Positions 57,122-64,000 of a stretch of 64,000 nucleotides of DNA are shown one piece after another. Made by a program: the position numbers and the translations under genes. The notes beneath the pieces were generated by a model that searched no databases, was not told the DNA's origin, and worked only from the letters and a program-made list of their open reading frames with translations. Source of the DNA: Octopus vulgaris (taxonomy: Eukaryota); assembly GCA_951406725.2 (NCBI GenBank), contig OX597839.1:20832001-20896000 (forward strand), in the 5' to 3' direction. Every line of letters begins with the position of its first letter. The first letter of the stretch is position 1.

Positions 57122-57894
57122 GCATGTATGTGTGTGTATATATATATGTATGTATGTGTGTAGGTAGGTATGCATTTGTACGCTTGTGATGACGTTGGGG
57201 GAAATTTGTGTGTTATAGGCAATCGAATTATATATCTTGTGTGTGTGTTTGCAAAAGCATATATCCATCCACAAGAGTGTATATAATTTGTGTGCGTGCG
57301 TATGCCTACATTTTTGATAATGTCGTTCGGCGATCTTTCAAACCTGGTTAAATGCGTCGTGAGTGTCGCAGCTGGAGCGCTTTTCATCATGTCCACCACA
57401 ATTCAATCAAACAGGTTCTAGAGTAGAGAGAATTAATGTACATTATAGAAAGACAGGTAGCCAGGGAGTTAGATTTAGATATGTGTGTATATATGCATGT
57501 AGTTTTGACTTTAAGAGTCCCTCCTAGCATGAGGCATTTATGTGTAATAGTGCCCTCTATATAATATAAATAAATAAATTTCAAGGAATAAATTGATGAT
57601 TTTTTTGTCTTATGAGGTTTTTCACGCTAACTACTTGATAAATTCTTATCCTATTCTTAAATTGTGTATACATACATACATACATACAGGAATGGCTGTG
57701 TGGTAAATCACTTGCTTCCCAACTACATGGTTCCGGGTTCAGTCCCACTGCGTGACGCTTTGGGCAAGTCTCTTTTACTATGGCCTCGGCCAACCAAAGA
57801 CGGAAAATGAAAGAAGCCCGTCATATATATATATACACACACATATATATATATACACACATATGTATACATATATATATACACACATATATAT

Positions 57895-57974
<80 letters not shown>

Positions 57975-58387
57975 AAAAACACAAAACACACACATATATA
58001 TATACATATATACAAATATTCATATATACGTATGTATTTACGCATGTATACATATATGGAAACATATATATATATATATATGCATATGTATACATATACA
58101 TATGTATATATATATATACACATGTATATATGTATATGTATACATACATATACATATGTATATATATGTATACATATATATGTATATATATATATACATA
58201 TATGTATATATATATATATATATGTATGTATATATATGTATACATATGCATATATACATATACATGTTTCCATATATGTATACATGCGTAAATACATACG
58301 TATATATGAATGTTTGTGTATATATGTATATATATATTGTAATAGTACATTCATAATGTACCTTTAAATACGTATCATATACTTATG

Positions 58388-58462
<75 letters not shown>

Positions 58463-58972
58463 GGATATAATATATTAATAAATAAAACATATGCATATAT
58501 ATATATATACATATATGTACGTACCTACTTCTACATGTATATATACACGCATATATGAGTACAGGACACCAAAAAAACGTCGAACACAATGAGAAACGAA
58601 AACATAGACACAAACCCAAGGAACTGGACATTTTTCTTAAACAACATTTACACACTCACATGCGCAGATATGTTGACAATAACAGTTGAAATAAAAAATA
58701 CATTAAGTTTTAAACTGCAGAAATAAAGAAACATGAGTTTTCGTATGTAAGTAAGTATGCATGTATATATGTATGTATGTATGTATGTGTGTATGCATGC
58801 ATGTATGTATGTGTGTGTGTGTGTATATATATAATTGAAAACCCCACTGGAATGGGAGAAAGCGCTAATAATCCGAATGATATGATCTGAATGATATGAT
58901 ATATATATGTAAAAAATGTAATATATAAATAAATATCTATAAATATGAACCATCCGATCTGATTACCTCATT

Positions 58973-59005
<33 letters not shown>

Positions 59006-59770
59006 GCATGTATGTGTGTGTATATATATATATATGTATGTATGTGTGTAGGTAGGTATGCATTTGTACGCTTGTGATGACGTTGGGGGAAATTTGTGTG
59101 TTATAGGCAATCGAATTATATATCTTGTGTGTGTGTTTGCAAAAGCATATAATCCACAAGAGTGTATATAATTTGTGTGCGTGCGTATGCCTACATTTTT
59201 GATAATGTCGAAATCTTTCAAACCTGGTTAAATGCGTCGTGAGTGTCGCAGCTGGAGCGCTTTTCATCATGTCCACCACAATTCAATCAAACAGGTTCTA
59301 GAGTAGAGAGAATTAATGTACATTATAGAAAGACAGCCAGGGAGTTAGATTTAGATATGTGTGTATATATGCATGTAGTTTTGACTTTAAGAGTCCCTCC
59401 TAGCATGAGGCATTTATGTGTAATAGTGCCCTCTATATAATATAAATAAATAAATTTCAAGGAATAAATTGATGATTTTTTTGTCTTATGAGGTTTTTCA
59501 CGCTAACTACTTGATAAATTCTTATCCTATTCTTAAATTGTGTATACATACATACATACATACAGGAATGGCTGTGTGGTAAATCACTTGCTTCCCAACT
59601 ACATGGTTCCGGGTTCAGTCCCACTGCGTGACGCTTTGGGCAAGTCTCTTTTACTATGGCCTCGGCCAACCAAAGACGGAAAATGAAAGAAGCCCGTCAT
59701 ATATATATATACACACACATATATATATATACACACATATGTATACATATATATATACACACATATATAT

Positions 59771-59840
<70 letters not shown>
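56170..59840. repeat. About 1.87-kb direct tandem duplication (or uncollapsed haplotypes)
   Basis: Unique anchors at 56396/58266 and 57584/59461; includes U3-A8 hammerhead-like motifs at 56947-56985 and 58832-58870. Confidence 0.9.
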
Positions 59841-59852
<12 letters not shown>

Positions 59853-60035
59853 TTGTCCTCTTCACTATCGCTTGACAACCGATGTTGGTGTGTTTACAGC
59901 CCTGTAACATTAGCAGTTCGGCAAAAGAAAACCGATAAAATAAGTACTAGGCCTACAAAGAATAAGTCCTGGGGGTCGATTTGGTCGAGTAAAGGCGGTG
60001 CTCCAGCATGGCCGCAGTCAAAGACAAGCACAAAA
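59565..60035 (+). mobile_element. SINE family A (truncated duplicate at 57687-57825)
   Basis: Head, microsatellite and GGCGGTGCTCCAGCATGGCCGCAG tail. Confidence 0.85.
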
Positions 60036-60193
60036 AGAACAGGATATATACACTATATTCACACATCTTATATATATTAGTTTGTTATACATTACGTGTG
60101 CGCGTGTATATAATTCTGGTTGTAGTGTAGAGTATAATTCCTCAACTGAATGTGGCAGCAGCTATATTGAATGGTGGCGATGGTGGAGGTGTG

Positions 60194-60264
<71 letters not shown>

Positions 60265-60325
60265 AAGAAAGAAAATAGATCTTACGTCCCAGTAGCTTTG
60301 TCTGTGTCTCTACCTCTCTCTCTCT

Positions 60326-60379
<54 letters not shown>

Positions 60380-60432
60380 CATACATGCATTTATGCATAT
60401 ACACAGTTTACATCCGCCCTTTCCTCTAGACA

Positions 60433-60463
<31 letters not shown>

Positions 60464-60718
60464 CTACGTACAAACTCCCTCACGCAACAACACATATACA
60501 TATACACACACATACATACATATACAAAGATATATGTACACACACACATACATACATAGATATATGTACACACACATACATAAATATATACATACATACA
60601 CACATACATATATATATATACACATACATACATATACATACATATATATACACACATACATATATATACAAACACATATATACATACATATATACACACA
60701 TACATGTATATACATATG

Positions 60719-60750
<32 letters not shown>

Positions 60751-60871
60751 CATAATATATATATATACATACATATATACATACATATATATACATAAAT
60801 ATATATATATATATATATACATACATACAAACACATACATAATTATGTATTCACACACACACAAACACACA

Positions 60872-60963
<92 letters not shown>

Positions 60964-61340
60964 CACATATGAAGATAAATGTGTCACTCAAGAGAGAGAC
61001 AGACAGAGAGAGAAAAGGCTTTCTCTTTTTCTTAGATTTATATTTATTTTAAGGGGGTTTTTTTCTTTTCTTTTCTTCGCTATTATTGTTTCCCCTTTTT
61101 TTTATTGTTGTTGTTATCATTGTTGTTGTTTCCCTGTTGCTTTACTTATTTATTTATTTTGAACGAAGGGAGGAGCAACCCCAGAAGAAGGAAATGGGGG
61201 AAGACTCAAAAAACAAACTTTATTTAACCAGGCAATCTTTAAAAACCGTTAACTGTTGCCCTCTTTCTTCCTCCATTTATACGTCAGTCTATCTATCACT
61301 CCGTCTCTCTATCTATCTATCTGTATGTCTATCTTTCTAG

Positions 61341-61398
<58 letters not shown>

Positions 61399-61468
61399 AG
61401 TCTATCTATCTATCTATCTGTATGTCTATCTTTCTATCTGTCTATCTATCTATCTATCTGTCCTTCTG

Positions 61469-61503
<35 letters not shown>

Positions 61504-61528
61504 GTCTATCTATCTATCTATCTATCTA

Positions 61529-61564
<36 letters not shown>

Positions 61565-62437
61565 TCTATCTGTCTGTCTGTCTCTCTGTCTGTCTGTCTC
61601 TCTCTCTCTCTATCTATCTATATGTCTGTCGCTATATTTCTGTCCGCCTATATATCTGTCTCTATTAGAAAATGGTGGTGGCGGTGGTGGTGGTGGTCGC
61701 TGTCGTTGTTGTCGTGGTAGTGTTGGCGGTGACAATAGTTATGAAGATGCTCTTCGTGCTATTGTTAACGTCGCTGGTGACTGCAGTGGTTTTTGGACAA
61801 TAACCCGAATCGTGCGAACGGTGCTTGTAGTAATAGTAGTAGTAGTGGTGGTGATGGTAGTGGTGGTAGTGCTGTTGTTGGTGGTGATGGCGATGGTGGC
61901 AGTAGTGGTCGCCGTCATGATGGCGGCGGCGGCGCCGACGACGGTGGTGGTGATGGAGGTGCTTACATTAAGTGACAGGTGTAGTGAGGAGTGAGATTAC
62001 TGCAGGTGAGTGCCATTGTGATGATGAGGACGGCGGCGGCGGCGATGGTCAACGCGGTTCCTCGTCGTCGACGTCGGTTTTTCGTTTCGAGTAAATGCGC
62101 CTTTTGGGGCGGTGTTGGTGGTGGTGGTGGCCATGGAGGGAGTGGATTGCGAGCGGGCAGGTAACATGAAGTGAAGCAGTGATGTTCATCCATGCTACTT
62201 AAACTGTTTCGTAATAAATCGTTTCTCAGCTGCAGTCACAGTTGTTTAGCCCCAGGCTAACCTCAGAACCAGCCGACCAGCGTCAAAAACTTCTGACGCG
62301 CAGCGAACACCGAAACCCATCGTCCAGTGTGAGGGAGAATTTAGCTACAGTTTCTAATGGGATGATCGATCGTAGGCGGACGGGTGTGAGGGCACCCGCC
62401 ATCTTAGGTTGTGGTGGTAAGTTAAAAGATGGTGATG

Positions 62438-62792
62438 ACGTTCTGAGTTCAAATTCCGCCGAGGTCGACTTCGCCTTTCATCCTTCTGGGGTCGATAAAT
62501 TAAGTACCAGTTACGCACTGGGGTCGATGTAATCGACTTAAACCGTTTGTCTGTCCTTGTTTGTCCTCTCTGTGTTTAGCCCCTTGTGGGTAGTAAAGAA
62601 ATAGGTATTTCGTCCGCCGTTACGTTCTGAGTTCAAATTCCGCCGAGGTCGACTTTGCCGTTCATCCTTTCGGGGTCGATAAATTAAGGACCAGTTACGC
62701 ACTGGGGTCGATGTAATCGACTTAATCCGTTTGTCTGTCCTTGTTTGTCCCCTCTGTGTTTAGCCCCTTGTGGGTAGTAAAGAAATAGGTAT
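62438..62792 (+). mobile_element. Headless SINE family B dimer
   Basis: Two body units ending AAGAAATAGGTAT; no A-box head. Confidence 0.88.
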
Positions 62793-63668
62793 AAAAGTGA
62801 CCACGATTGAGATGGTGGTGACGGCGACAGCAGTCGTGGTGGTGGCAGCGGCGATTGTGATGGTGGGGGTAGTGGTAGTGGTGGTGGTAGAAGCGAGTAG
62901 TTATTGTAAAGGTGTTCGAGATGACAGTGATGGTGATGATGATGATAACGATGACAATGAGGATGATGATGCCGATGATGATGACGATGATGATGATATG
63001 ATGATAATGATGATAGTTGTGATTGTGGTGTTCGTGTGGTGGTGATAAGTATTTACCATTTTACTAGGGTGGTTGTAGTAGTAGTAGTAGTAGCAGCAGC
63101 AGCAGTAGCGGCGGCGACGGCGGAGAAAAGAATAAGATGACGGATGATTTGAAGGGGGGGAAGAGGGAGGGACCCGGCTGTATCTTTTTTCCCTCCTCTT
63201 ACCACCCCCTCCAAAAAAAAATAACAAACCCACCACCACCATCACCACCACCACACCCGCCACCTCCTTCCGTGTCATCCTCCCTCCCACCCTTCCTCTC
63301 TTTCGCTCCCCCCCTCCACTCCTTCCTCCCGCCGCATAATTGAATGTGTAAATCAAGATTACTGTCCTGCTGCCAACACCACCACCACCACTACCACCAC
63401 CTCTACTACTACCACTACCATCTTTCCCGGTGCCACCCGCTTTCACCCACCTTTCTACCCATATCTCCACAGCTCCGGCTCCACCCCGATATGGTGAAAA
63501 GTCGTGCGGCGTGAGGCTCCAGGTTTCTCTCTCTGCCACTAGAGGCGTGCGTCAATTAACCCCCCACCCCACCCCACCACCTCCACCACCACCACCTTCC
63601 TCTTCCTAACCACTGACACCACCACCACCTCCAACAGCAACAACGGCAACATTCAACACTATATCATC

Positions 63669-63702
<34 letters not shown>

Positions 63703-64000
63703 TCACCACCACCACCGCAACAACAACAACAACATTCAACACAACATCACCAATACAAACCAGCGCCACCATTACCACCACCACCACCACAAACATCATC
63801 ACCATCATCAGCATCATCATCATCAACATTATCACTAACTACCACCATCACCACTGCCGTGGCCACCCCTTCCTAAACACCACCACCACCCGCCGACGAC
63901 GAAGAACAACAATACCAAATACTACCACCGATACTCACTCCCTGCATCACCATCATCCATCCATCCATGCCCCACCCCCCTCACCATCACCACTACCATC

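Noticed and set aside
63534-63550. CTCF motif GCCACTAGAGGCG
   Set aside because: One base short of the CCASYAGRKGGC core; single unsupported match
61670-64000. GC-rich promoter or coding region
   Set aside because: Composed of (GGT)n/(CAC)n/(GAT)n low-complexity tracts and SINE pieces

Overview
Eukaryotic, AT-rich, repeat-saturated DNA, most likely intronic or intergenic sequence from an octopus or related cephalopod (inferred from the SINE families and the density of (TA)n, (GT)n, (GATA)n and (ATT)n microsatellites). Almost all ORFs in the supplied track are translations of microsatellites or SINEs. No intact protein-coding gene is present; there is one plausible isolated exon (7347-7419). 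Recognisable content: three tRNA-derived SINE families; decayed retroelement coding fragments (Penelope-like RT, two R4/Dong-type RLE LINE 3' ends, a CR1/L2-group LINE 3' end, a possible L1/Tx1 piece); three non-autonomous Helitrons; two TIR MITEs; several local duplications and fold-back repeats. The most interesting signal is about a dozen minimal type I hammerhead-ribozyme-like motifs, including a U3-A8 core variant with a covarying stem II. They sit in short cassettes embedded in (TA)n tracts, and one lies upstream of the Penelope-like RT. All calls were made by eye; no database search or folding computation was run.
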